A stretch of DNA of 64,000 bases, from assembly GCA_002189035.1 (NCBI GenBank), contig CM007989.1, positions 2,480,001-2,544,000 on the forward strand. The letters run 5' to 3'. Shown here piece after piece: positions 52,300-64,000 of the stretch (its first letter is position 1; every line of letters begins with the position of its first letter). The translations under genes and the position numbers were made by a program. Under the pieces are notes generated by a model that saw only the letters and a list, made by a program, of their open reading frames with translations, ran no database searches and was not told the origin of the DNA. The stretch comes from Utricularia gibba (lineage: Eukaryota > Plantae > Magnoliophyta).

Positions 52300-53840
52300 T
52301 TACTTCATGTACTTCTGAAGGAACTTTCTGTGAAAATCGTTTCTGATGGTGTCGTTGATAAAGCGCTTGGGAGTTTTTGTCTCGCCGCGAGCCTGGTTCT
52401 TGAAAACCACATCATCATCCCACCTGCATGGAATCAAGGGGAAAATGTGAAGAGTGAAAACAAAGTTAACAGGATCATGGATACGGAAGCCAAGTGAAAA
52501 GAAATTTCATGTTACCTTCTCTTCACTCCAAAGGAAGTTGGATTGTTCATCAGCGGGTTACCATGGAGCAACTGCTCTTCTTTAGCTTTCAGCTCCTCTT
52601 CTTGCCTTTGTCGTTCCTGCCAACAACAGTATCCATGATTTTAATATCAACCATTTGAATTCTAAGTAGCCGATATCAATGCAATTAATAAGGTCCAAAA
52701 CATTTAACTGTCTACGAAAACTGGTAATTCAACTTCCACACCAGACACTAAACATAATGGCCTGGGTGCCAGTCCCATTGTTTTGGTTTTTACAGTAGCG
52801 ATTGAGAAGGCAACATTGGATGTCAATCAAAAGGCACATGTCCTGGGATCAAAAGATCAAAAGACATGTTCTTTCATCTTCTAAGAAACTACAAATCAGA
52901 AGATGTAAAGGCTTTCCGTATATCAAACAGAAAAATTAAACAAATCGGCACTCGGTGATATTCAGCAGAAATACTCCAGGAAACCACCTGAATGAACTAG
53001 TACATGACTAAAAAGATCTTACCTCTCGTTCTTTCTGTTCCGCCTTTTCTTTTTTCAGGCGTTCAAGCTCAGCCAAAAGTGCTTCTTCATCATCACCATC
53101 ATCATCATCATCTTCATCATCATCGCTGACAAGAAAGCAACAGAATCAGTAGAATTACCAGTTTAAACAAAAAAAAATGACGAAATATTCGCTATCAAAG
53201 CAGTTTGAGGAACAGGGCACCAACCTATCAGCAATATGAGCGTCTCCATCAGCATCATCAACGTCTACACTGCGTAAAACAAGCCGATCTGGGATTTCTC
53301 CCTTAGACCCTGCATAGAAAAAACGCGTATATGATTAAGAACAGAGTTAATCCAATGAATTTTTTGGAAGATAATTTCGATCATCATTTACCTTCCAAAA
53401 AAAGTTGGCCACCTCCCTTTCGTCGCTCTCTGTCCTCTATACCAAAAAATCGAGCGATATCAAATATCATTGAAACAAACACGACAATAAAAAAAACTTT
53501 AAATTCGTTTAATTTGAATTATGAACTAACCCTTAGATGAAAAATGCCTCCTCTCACGATCCTCCAATTCATCTCTCAGATTCCTCTTATGCAGCTCATC
53601 TTGCGTATCTTGTCCATCTCTTCTGCACAAAGCCACGCTCAATTGTCATATAAACGTTAAAAAAGATCACAACCAGGCTGAAAATCAACAAAAAGTAAGG
53701 AAACTCTACCGGGGTTTTAAGGTCGTATGGGAAGCGATATCCCTAGACGAATACTTCTGCGATTGACCGAATATACGAGCGCCACCTTGCTCGTTTCCAC
53801 CTTTCGCCGGTGCCCAGGTTGGCCTAGCTGCAGTAGTCAT
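52300..53840 (-). CDS. CWC15: Spliceosome-associated protein CWC15/Cwf15
   Basis: [20 protein letters not shown]...[14 protein letters not shown], an acidic tract, [12 protein letters not shown] and [41 protein letters not shown]. This gene is absent from the ORF track because its exons are short. Confidence 0.95.
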
Positions 53841-54311
53841 ATCCGAACCCTAAATCGTTCAAATCTAATCTGCAACAGAGCCAAAAACCTAGATCAGTCA
53901 CAGAAACCGCTCAGGAAGCGAAGACAAGCCAACAAGAAAGAAAACGAACAGATTAGGCCGCGTAGAATCGATTTCAGGCAACACAAAAATAGCAACACAG
54001 AGAAACGAAAATTAGGTTAAATTAAGAAGGAACACTGTACAACGACGCCGTTTACCTTTGCCCTTTTCACTTGTTTCCTTCAAGTAGAACGACGTCGTAC
54101 GCATTAAGAATATCAGGATTTTATATTTATTTCCCCAATACTATTCTCCACGAATTTCTGATTCTTTCTGAATCTTTAAAATTTCGCATGGATAAAATTC
54201 TCACAATATAAAATATTTAATCAATTTTTTAACTTAATAAATTCAATCTTGCCATAAAAAAACAATAAATTTATTTTATTAGGGATTGAAAACAATGTCT
54301 GTCTTTAAGGC

Positions 54312-56994
54312 TCACGTGGCAAGAAAATAAAACAACCGGACATATTGATCTGTTAAGGAATCAGAATCAATCTTCGGCACCCAAGCGATTCTCCTCCTCC
54401 TGATTCTTGCCAGGTCATTCTGCTCGTCGATCTCCCTGTCCCTCGCTATCTCAATCATCTTCTTCTTCCCCTTCAAGAACTTGGCGAACCAGACAGCCGA
54501 CTCCTTGGGGTACCTCGTCAGGTTGTTCTTGTAATCAATGTACATGATTCCGAATCTCGCCGAGAATCCTTCCGTCCACTCGAAGTTGTCGCAGTAAGCC
54601 CACACAAAGTAGCCCCGCACATCCACCTTGTCCCTGCAGTTTCAGACACCAGGGTAAGGTAAGGCTCCCACTAACCGTCTTCGTTTCGGAATTCGACATC
54701 CTGCGTTTAGGGGGAGGGCTTACTTTACGGCTTTGAGAAGATAGGCAAGGTGGTCTTGGTGATACTTTACTCTGGCTGGATCAGACCTGGCCTGTCTGAG
54801 TGTCAGCTTGGGATCGTTCCTGTCGGAAGTCCCTGCAAAGAAGATCGCTAAAGCAGATCGGTTATGGTTCCCTGAAGTGAGTTGGATGATCTTCGTGGAT
54901 GCTGAAAGGGTACCGTTTTCGGTGATGTACACGGGAGGCAGGTCTTTGTATGTGTTCTTCAGGTAGACCAAGTGCTCGTACAGCCCCCATGGGACACTGT
55001 ACAGCCATGAGGAACCCGACTGCAGAGCAGAGCAAGCATACAAATGCTATTATTACCCCCAAGTCTTTTAGAAATCACGATGAAGTGAAACTGAAACTTA
55101 CTGTTCCTCCAATTAGGTTGCCACTTCTTGAAGCTGGGGAAGAAAACACACAGTCAATCATATGTAAAGAAAAGCCACATTGAAGATATTCGTGAGAGCA
55201 TACATGAAAATGTGAGCTTCTGATGCGCATCATAGCCTTCCCCCTGAAGGTCTGGTGCATTAGCGACATAGTTGGTGGTGTAGTAGTTCAATCCCAGAAA
55301 ATCGATCGAGCCCTTGAGCATATGGGACTCATGGTGTGAGAAATGGGCCAGATTCTCCGGTGGGACGTATTCCGTCATCGACTGCGGGTAACGGCCGTAT
55401 AGCACCGGCTCCAAGTACCTTGTAGATCAATCAACCCAACCATTCATGACAAAGGAATGTTACTAGTTTTACAGTATGTCAATCAGTCACCTACCATCCA
55501 AGCATAAAGTCGATGGCTCGCTTTACTGCAGCTTTGTCATCCTCGGAGTTGGGGTTCTGGGGGACGTGCCAATGCGAATTACACACGATTCCTATCTTCC
55601 CTTCCTGGAAAACCTGAGACACCAACAGCATTTTCACACCAAAAAGCTTATTCTAATTAGTAACATGCGATGAAGCTAATGGCTAACCTGATACTCGGTT
55701 CTATACAACTGAACTGCAGCGGAGTGGGCAAGTAGCATGTTCTTTGCAGCAATGTAGGCATTGGATTCAGGGTCGGATCGATCGAGGCGTGCGTCGGAGC
55801 GGCTAGGCTTGGGGACAGCCGCCACGGACTCCTTCACCATCCTGTGACTAGGGAGATTGTTCACGGCCCGGTCGGCGGTGGTGGTAGGCCTCACGGCGGG
55901 GAAAACGCCGGTGACATAGTTGTTAACGTTGTAAGTCCATGGCTCGTTAAACGTGGTCCAGAACTTGACACGATCACCAAACTCCCAGAAGCAGACTTCT
56001 GCGTACTCCGGAAGTCATCTCTGCACGGAATAATAATTCATTCATTAACAGGCAGAAATTCTAATGCCCAGAACACCATAGCCTCTCTTTCTTACACTAT
56101 CTTCTTGCTCAGAAATCCTTGGTACTCCTTCTGCAGGGCATCGGGAATGTCCCAGTGGAAGAGAGTGGCGAAGGGCTGCAACCCTGTGGAAAGAAGGCAA
56201 AAAGGATTCCGTCACCGGAGACATCCAACATAACCGTCGGAGAGCATGAGGGATGCGGTGCCCAACCCGATGCGATCACCGTGTCTATCAGCTCATTGTA
56301 ATAGTCAATTCCTTCTCTGTTGATCCCCATGGACGCTCTTCCACCTATCACCCGCCACGTGTTAATTCGAAATACTTATTTCTTGTAATAGGTGTTAGAA
56401 ATAAATGCGCTGTCGAGATATTATTGGTTGCTGACCTGGCAGGATTCTTGTCCAGGCGATGGAAAATCTGTACGAATCGAAACCCATCTTCTTCATGTGC
56501 GCAATGTCCTCCTGCAACCAATTAAAACGCAGTATTTTCTCATAATTTCTCTGCTTTTTTAAAAAAAAATAAGTAAAATAAATTATACTCGCCTTGAATC
56601 TATGATACATGTCACATGCCACGTTTCCATTGGACCCATCAGCGATTATATCTGAAAGAAAAATAATATAAAATATTATTATATGCCAATAATTTCATGC
56701 GAGGAGGAAGAGAGAGAATGAGAAGAGTGACTTGGCGTATTGAGGGTCATGGTATCCCAAGTGCTCAGGCCTTTGCCTCCCTGGCTGTAAGCTCCTTCGA
56801 CCTGCGTACATGGAACCACAGCCATTCAAGCTCCGCCCAAGCGGCGACGGCGAGCGGGGATCGAGGCGTACCTGGTAGGCGGAGGTGCCGGTGCCGAAGA
56901 TGAAGTTGGCCGGGAAGTCGGTCCGGCTGATCTCGCTGTTGTCTTGGTCGGCCGGAGTCGCGGGAACGACGGCGGAAGCAGATGCAGAAGCCAT
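54312..56994 (-). CDS. Glycoside hydrolase family 1 beta-glucosidase (leaderless, raucaffricine/strictosidine/oleuropein glucosidase-like), with a 1-nt frameshift at about 56008
   Basis: [50 protein letters not shown] (acid/base), [14 protein letters not shown] (nucleophile) and [14 protein letters not shown]. Confidence 0.92.
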
Positions 56995-57739
56995 TTGGAG
57001 AGAAACCAAGTCAGAAGTGGAGAGGAATGAGGATTCCGATGGGGAGGTAGCGGAAGGGTCTGGACCGGGTGCTATTTATTTAGGGAGCCTTCCTTACAAG
57101 GACGTTGTTTCTGAATAGTCGCGAGTCAGGCTTCAATAGTTTATTACCAAACTTTGACATTTTTACAGGCATGTTGTAATACTATTCCAAGTGGAGACAC
57201 TGTGTGTATGCATGCCCATGGAATTTCTGAATATGGCATCTGAAGAAGAAGAAGAAGAAGGGAGAGTTGTGCATCAATATTTATCACGAAATAAATCTCT
57301 TTTTATTCCAAAGTAAAAACAAGGATTAAAGCACGATATCCAGGTAGACTTTAGACACTCAATCACGGAAAAAGGGATGGAAAACAACCAAGCACCATTC
57401 CCATTCATTCGTCCCCACATTTAATTCTCAACATTTCTCTGTTTGAAAAATCCACCGTGACACGTTTCTGTCTTTGCCCATTTTTTTTATAATAATGTAG
57501 CATAGCAATAACTCTAATCTTGTCCTAGTTATTGATGCAACAACGCAGACCGTGGATCCGACTCCATGTCCGGGTCGAACGGGACATTTTTAAAAATAAC
57601 CATACATTTTTATCACATACTCAAAATATAATCATTTTTATCACACACGAGAAAATTACAAAAATAATACATCAAGTTTCAATCAGTATAAAAAATTTAA
57701 TCCCAAGTTTTAAAATTACAAGAAAAAAAACACCTCAAG

Positions 57740-57893
57740 TTATCAAAATCATTTAACGAAAACTCAAATAATTTTCAAACATGAGAAATTAAGTATACAA
57801 TGAATATCTGGAAATAATAAGTTAAAAATAAGAAATTAAATATATAAAAAAGATCAAGCTAATTATCAAAATCGTTCAATGAAAACTCAAATA
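57740..57893. repeat. Imperfect 31-bp direct repeat in an AT-rich spacer
   Basis: TTATCAAAATCATTTAACGAAAACTCAAATA (57740-57770) versus TTATCAAAATCGTTCAATGAAAACTCAAATA (57863-57893), 3 mismatches. Confidence 0.7.
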
Positions 57894-59270
57894 TGAGTGA
57901 TTAAATATGCAATTTCATAAATTAGAGAAAAAATTGTTTACAAAAAATGTAAGTTAAAGGGTATAAATATAATTTTAAAAATTGAGAATTAGATTATTTA
58001 TATTGACAAATCTCATACATTTTATAATATACTCACATCCAACTAACTAGGTGGTAAGGGCTTTCATTTTCCAAGACCGGTTGGTGGATCCCGAGCATGC
58101 TCACGGGGGCCATCCACCCATGTGTTTCAATACCAAGAAAACGCCATCAGATTCCTTTCTCATGGGAATCCGGTGATCCTCATGAAATTAATCACATTTA
58201 ATATTAATGCATGAAACAGAAGATGAAAATGATGGGATTTGTTTTTAGTGGAAGTGAAGCATGTCATTTATTGTGATTATCCACTACAACATTATTATTA
58301 ATTATTAATTGTACCCCACTAGCGAGTAGAGTATCGTTTATTCTGCAAAGCTTTGTATTACATTGCATAGTCAGTTGATGATCCCGTACGGAATATTCCA
58401 AGTCAACCGTGTAATAGTGTACCAGGCAGCAGTCAATAGCCGCCACACGTTTTTTTAATCTCGTTATTACCACACCCATTTCAGAATTTTATATTATTTT
58501 TATTCACTAAAATATCAACAATAAAATATTATTTCAACCGCATTACTGTCAATCAATAACGCAAGTGCCCCTTGGGTTTAATGCTTAGATCCATTCTTAT
58601 GGTATATATTATAAATCTGGCCTTCCTTGATAAATTGTATAAAAAAGTGATTAACTTCAATTAACTCCATTCCTCTATAATCCAAGTGAAATTTTAAGAT
58701 TTGTGTTGTAATTGTGTTATATTTTTTAAAAAAATAAAAATCTAAAACATTTTATTATTTTTAATAAAAATGGGAAGTGGGTGGCACCTTCTAGTTTATT
58801 ATGAACTGAACCAAACAAATCCCTATCTAACACGTAAACATCGTTTATAATCGAATAGGTGTGACACTAGACGGTGGGAAATTAATTATATACCAAGATG
58901 CAGTGATAAGTGGGGTCGGTTTTTTTTAATTAAAAAAAAAGAGTAAACGCCATTTTTTAAGACAATTGGTGCAAGAGTTAGGTCGGATGGATGTGAACGA
59001 GTGTGGGTGCAGTGACGTGTGCGTATGAAACTCAAGTTAAAAAGGCAAAATGATCACTTCTTTAATATAAAAGGTGGATTACTATAAATTATAAACCATA
59101 TTTTCGAAATATAAAAACAATTCTAATTAAAAGTAAATTAAAAACTGATCCATTTTTGTATCGGTGTGATGGGCCGGGCCGTGTCCAAGTGGCGTCCACG
59201 TACAATACAATTATCCATAAAAGTATTTTTGAATACAGAAGAAATATAATTAAATAATTGTGTGGCTGGC

Positions 59271-59784
59271 TCATCGGTTTCTCTTGAGCCATTCAAGGAT
59301 GCCCTTTTCCGCGTCTGTGAGTTGGCTCTTGTTGCTGAGGCCTCCTTCCAGCGAGCTGAAGTAGTCGCCGTAGTTGCGCTTGTAGAAGCTATCCAGTCTC
59401 TGTAGGGGAAGGAACACAGGCACAGTTTGTATGCACTTGGATCACAAAAGAAACACACACCAACTAGCGCTACCTCTTTGGCATTCTTCTCCTTGTTCTC
59501 TTGGCTTCTCTTCAGATACTCTTCGAAGGAGAAAAATGGGCTATGAGACAAATTATAGAATCTAAAAGAAGATGAAGTGAAACCAATTCCTAGTGTGTTT
59601 TCTCCATTCCAGATTTGAGTGTAGAGGGAGTTCACGTACGGCTGAGAAGGTCGGATTTGGAGTCGCCCAAAAGCAAGCTGGCTGTTGCTGCGGAGGCAGA
59701 GCCCAGAAGCAGGAACTCCCTCCTTCTCTGTGGTTTCATATCTGGAGCCATGGAGCAGGAGATAGAAGTGAGTAGCTTAGCCAT
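59271..59784 (-). CDS. PsaN-like small thylakoid protein (At1g49975-type)
   Basis: Exons 59784-59640, 59520-59474, 59399-59271 give 106 aa: MAKLLTSISC...QRRREFLLLG...SQYLKRSQENKEKNAKERLDSFYKRNYGDYFSSLEGGLSNKSQLTDAEKGILEWLKRNR. Confidence 0.8.
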
Positions 59785-59984
59785 CTGAGCAGATGCGATT
59801 TTTTTTGTTTGGTTATCGTTTGGTGCTGCTTTGTTTGTTTGTTTTTATCAAGACGATGCATTGCAAGTTGCCTTTTTTTATTAGAAATAAAGAAGGAAAA
59901 AATGAGTTCATTTTGTCGTTTAGGAGAAATTCGTCATCTTTCCAAGATATTACAGCTCCGGATAGGTGGCAGATCTTTCTTCTT

Positions 59985-60157
59985 ATGACACCGAGAGAGC
60001 AAAAAGGCAGTTTCTTGCTTCAGTGTTCCTTGGAATACTACTACTTACATGGTTTGCAGAGCTACCCACATCCCCCAAAATGGGTGCTTTTGTGTGGCTT
60101 GTTACGCTTGGAGCCGAAATGTGGTTCGGGTTGTACAGGGTTCTCACTCAGAGGTAT
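59985..60157 (+). pseudogene. Degenerate inverted copy of CslE exon 1, including its splice donor
   Basis: GCTTCAGTGTTCCTTGGAAT versus CslE GCTTCAGTGTTTCTTGGAAT; RATHIPQNG and GAEMWFGLYRVLTQ are readable across frameshifts; it ends AG|GTATCC versus CslE AG|GTATAT. Confidence 0.8.
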
Positions 60158-60395
60158 CCACTTCTCTCTTTCAATTTGCATGTCTTGTGGTTATCCGCCA
60201 TGGCCAAGCTCCAGCTCTTTAATTTGCCCAGTGTTCGGAATCCAACTAAAAGGGTGACTGTGAATAGGCACTGGTGATGATCTGCAACTAGCACACAAAT
60301 CGTAGATTGTACATAGAAACCCACAGCAGAATCACAATAGAGCAAATATTACAACACCAAATGACTTGTCTCCCACAAAATAGCTCAGCAGAACT

Positions 60396-63300
60396 TCACC
60401 AAGGCATGGAAAAAACAGTACATATGGAAAGAGCTGCCAAAAGAGATTTAGTAGTCACAGAGCTCGGCAGCCTCCCTGGATCCCGCCGGAGAAAGGCGGC
60501 AGAATACAATGGTAAATTTATCAAGACGAGTATCCCACAAGATACTGTTTGAAAAACCATTGGCATATCAAAAACTTTGCTCCGTATCAGTTTGAGCACC
60601 ATTGCTACTGAACAGATGAGATTGATCATGGCGATCGATGAAAGTATGGTTACCATCGGTGAATCGACACCAAACTCCATCATCTCTTGCTCATAACGCT
60701 GCGTAAGTTCCTCATCTGAAACTTTGGATGATATAACGAATCCAGACTCGGAAAAGCCTACCAACTTCAAGAAGGTGTCCATTACAGCAAACAGGTAGGA
60801 ACTTATTCTTTTGTATAGCCACATTCTTTGTTCATTCCACCATCCAAGTGCTGTACCTCCGCATAGTAGAAACTCGGCAAAGCTATAGAGGTTTGCAGAA
60901 ATGATCACATATAAAAATGGATATATCCATGGACTTGAAACCTGAAGCAATAAGAAATAGAGTCAAATATTCATGTGAAGGATGGTGAAAGCAGTTTCTA
61001 CATTAAAGTGCTTGGCTATTGAAGATCCTGTTTGACCACTCTAAACTATCCCTTCTTTTTTATCAGAAATAGGCATGTGAATGAATCAAAAGGATGAGCA
61101 ATTTGCAGTACCAGAGGAAACAGATGAAGGCCTTTTAGCATGTAAAGAGAAGGGATGATGGAGTAGAACAGTGTTGCAAAGGAGTTGGGAGCCCACAGGC
61201 CGTAGACACTGTATCCTGCTACAAGAGAAACATTTGCATGTCTCAATCCTTTCCAAACATGGCCATTTTTTGAGAAGAAAAGCTGCAAATTTCCCTCTGA
61301 CCATCTCTTGTGTTGCACAAGATTTTGATCTAGTGTTGTTCCTGCAAAACCTAAGAAACCTTTCCTTTTAGGGTTGAAATAAACCGATTTCCAACCCCGA
61401 CAATGTATTGACAGCCCGGTCGCTACATCTTCGACATGACAGCCATACATCACTCCCATCTGCATTATATTCACAGGCATATCAGGAGCATGAAAAAAAA
61501 TATGCTTGTGAAGTTCAGAAGAGAAAAACCTCACTGCCCCATTGAGTGTTTTCCTCGTATCTGCAGCTCGCAAGTTCTTTTGCTTGCTCTTCCAAATCAT
61601 CACTGCTCTTCTGATCTCTTGAACCAGTGGTCTTTTTCCATTCAAAAGTCGACCCCCTGCTGAACTTCCGTCCAGAAAGTGTGTCTCTCCGGTGAAAGCA
61701 TCCAGTTCCAATATACATAGGGCCTCCAGAAGCATCCAATCCACAGAATTCAACCTGTAGTTAAAGAATTGACGCTGTCTTTAGATTCAGGATCAAGTAT
61801 TGTTAACAAGAATCGTAAGTAAATGAGAGCTACATTTTAAGCTAAATTGCACCTTTCGGATAACTCTAAGTGAGGATCCATAAAGTTCATTCTTTGTAAG
61901 GTTATGAAAATTCTGCGGGAACTGAACGAAGGCAATCTCATTGCCTTTCCTTTCATCCAGAAGGAAGCAGAGAGCATCTCTGATTGATAGTGAATTATTT
62001 GAATACATGTCGCAGTCCACATTTAGAATTACGGGTCCATTGCTGATTTCAGATGACACCCTTATCTGCAATTTACGGTCACAAACACTCAAGAAATTAT
62101 CACAATGAAAAAAAAAACTGCATACCAGTGAAGATAACAAATAAATAAAAGAAAAACTGACACAGAAAGTTCTTAGGCTTACCAAAGCATTCATAGCTCC
62201 AGCTTTATAGTTGTGAAAATATTCTGGTCGCTTCTCACGAGCCAAATAGACCAGAGTTGGCAGCACGCATCCTTCGACATCCCTGGATTCTGCATCTTTC
62301 CCATCTATTACTATCTGAAAAAAAAAAGAAATAAATAACGATACATATCAGACTCATACGATCCCAGTCAATACTGTCTCCGTAAATAAAGAGAGAAACA
62401 TTGCTCTTTTTACTTGCAAAATGGTGTCATGATCATTTCTGGATGAAAATGAATCCCACTTAGAGAATCCTTTGTGCCCCATAGATGCATTTTTGGATAC
62501 TCTGTCCATATTCTTTGCAAGTTCAATCCTATTTTCCATGTCTTGATAGAGTTTCTTCGTAAATGAAAGGAAAAGTGAGTAATACAGCACATAATAATAT
62601 ATTCATTGATGAGGTAGAGAAAATACCTGGATTGAAGAAAAATGCAGAGCCTGATGCTCATCAAGGTTGTCTGGCACTATCTGAAAGTATGCCATGGGTG
62701 CTCTTGGTTCAACATTGTATTTCTTGCAATATGGGATCCAATGCCTAGCGAAGTGGGAACACTCCAAAAGAGCGTAGAATGTAAGATCAGAACCAGCATC
62801 ATCAGAGAGATAAACGGACAGTTTCTCTGGTGGATAATCATAGGCCATCACTGATAAAACTGTATTCATGACCATCACAGGAGGCTCCGTTTTTGGATCA
62901 GCCGTGCAAACGAAAACATCGACTCCAGGCAAATCATCGCCAAACCTATTCATTATCATCATTCAATTAGCATAAGAAAAGATCAGGCCGACTAAAAGCC
63001 AAGTTCTCATCCCAAGCCTGCTGCTCCAAGTCTTCCAAAACATTCAATTTCATCATAATGACTCTAACCACCTGCTATTACTCAGTTAATTCAAGTCTTT
63101 CAAATTGTGATAAACTAAATTACTCCTCCAGATGTTAACTTCTTCCAAAATAATGCTCTTGACTGAAGTAGTAAACAGCTAGATATAAGAGACTACAGAA
63201 GCAAAACCACTGATCCATAACTTTGGCATATGGTAGGTGTACAATCGCATAAACGAGAAGCCTTCAAGAAAACTGAAATAAAGGGAAGATATACCTTTGT

Positions 63301-63560
63301 GAGAGCCTGTCCTTAAACGTATGGCGATAAACCCGGTTCCAACGATGAGCCTGTGTGAGAACCCAATAGAATCCAAACCATAATTCGGCTCCAAACATAC
63401 CCATCCATACAAACCATCCATTTTCAGGGATATGAGTGGATCTGTAATACCAAATGAGAATAATTCCAAGAAACACTGAAGCTGCAAAAAGTTTGTAGAA
63501 GAAACTGCCTTTCGCTTTCGTAGTTTCAAATAGTGGGGCATATGAAGCACCGCCACCCAT
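60396..63560 (-). CDS. CSLE1: Cellulose synthase-like protein E1 (GT2)
   Basis: LFETTKAKG, LPGVDVFVCTADP, YDYPPEKLSVYLSDD, LVYLAREKRP, HNYKAGAMNAL, ILNVDCDMYSN, FVQFPQ, YIGTGCFHRR, VEDVATG and QHKRWSEG. Exon 1 is 63560-63295. Confidence 0.95.
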
Positions 63561-64000
63561 TTTGCAACACAAGCTCCAATAAATCTGCGTTCATCTAGAC
63601 GGTATATATCACCATCCAAAGCTATCATCTTGAAAATGATGATGGATGAATTGTCAAACTTGTCTTTGAATCAAAAAAATTTTTAAACGGCACCACACAA
63701 TTTTATATTCAGCCTGTCACACACAAACTGTCGATTGTGAGACTTGAAGAAGCAGCCACCGCCGCCCACTAACCACATGATTCGTGCATCCCACCCTTCT
63801 CGCCAAAATCCCGTCGCTAATGGCGGGAAATATCCTCAGCCGATGAGGGAGTCTCCGGTCGGTCGGCACCACTTTTTCGCTAAAACTAATCACCTGATTA
63901 TTAAATTATTAATAATCCATAAATTCCTTTTTTGTTTTTCAGAATTAAATCTTTAATTAAACCGTTTATTTGACAAACACTCGGAAGAAAACCCAGAAAT

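Noticed and set aside
53084-53125. (CAT)n tract, plus (GGC)n at about 16022, (CCA/CCT)n at about 43855 and (GAA)n at about 57242
   Set aside because: These are ordinary coding low-complexity tracts (poly-Asp, poly-Gly) or a simple microsatellite.
1-64000. CRISPR arrays, rRNA, tRNA, snRNA and intact transposons
   Set aside because: By eye I found no repeat-spacer array, cloverleaf, USE motif, transposase or reverse transcriptase. Short degenerate elements could be missed without tools.

Overview
Eudicot plant nuclear DNA, very gene-dense: 24 intact or near-intact protein-coding loci plus two gene remnants in 64 kb, with short introns and AT-rich spacers. The compactness is compatible with a miniature genome such as Lentibulariaceae, but the species is not established. 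Genes in order: Dof TF (+), raffinose synthase/SIP GH36 (+), small unknown ORF (+), QWRF/EDE1-like (-), DUF212 (-), p24beta (+), collapsed PAT1 remnant (+), Ser-rich unknown (+), NAC1-like with miR164 site (+), renalase-like FAD oxidoreductase (-), WRKY2-like (+, degenerating), pheophytinase (-), THO3/TEX1 (-), WIP-type KASH protein (-), HAPLESS8-like (-), DUF868 (-), cytosolic HSP90 (+), YL1-like (-), Bet1/SFT1-like SNARE (+), PORR (+), nucleotide-sugar transporter (-), CWC15 (-), GH1 beta-glucosidase (-), PsaN-like (-), inverted CslE exon-1 remnant (+), CslE1 (-). I could not support any rRNA, tRNA, CRISPR array or intact transposon. I do not see a clearly new multi-gene biological system. 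The most unusual signals are a WRKY with a decayed N-terminal domain (WRKFAQK), two deletion-collapsed gene remnants, a WIP KASH protein apparently missing part of its coiled coil, a NAC1/oxidoreductase pair whose stop codons are 71 bp apart, and a leaderless GH1 with a remodelled loop. Four single-base frameshifts all fall in homopolymer runs and are probably consensus errors. Family assignments come from recalled motifs, not database searches.
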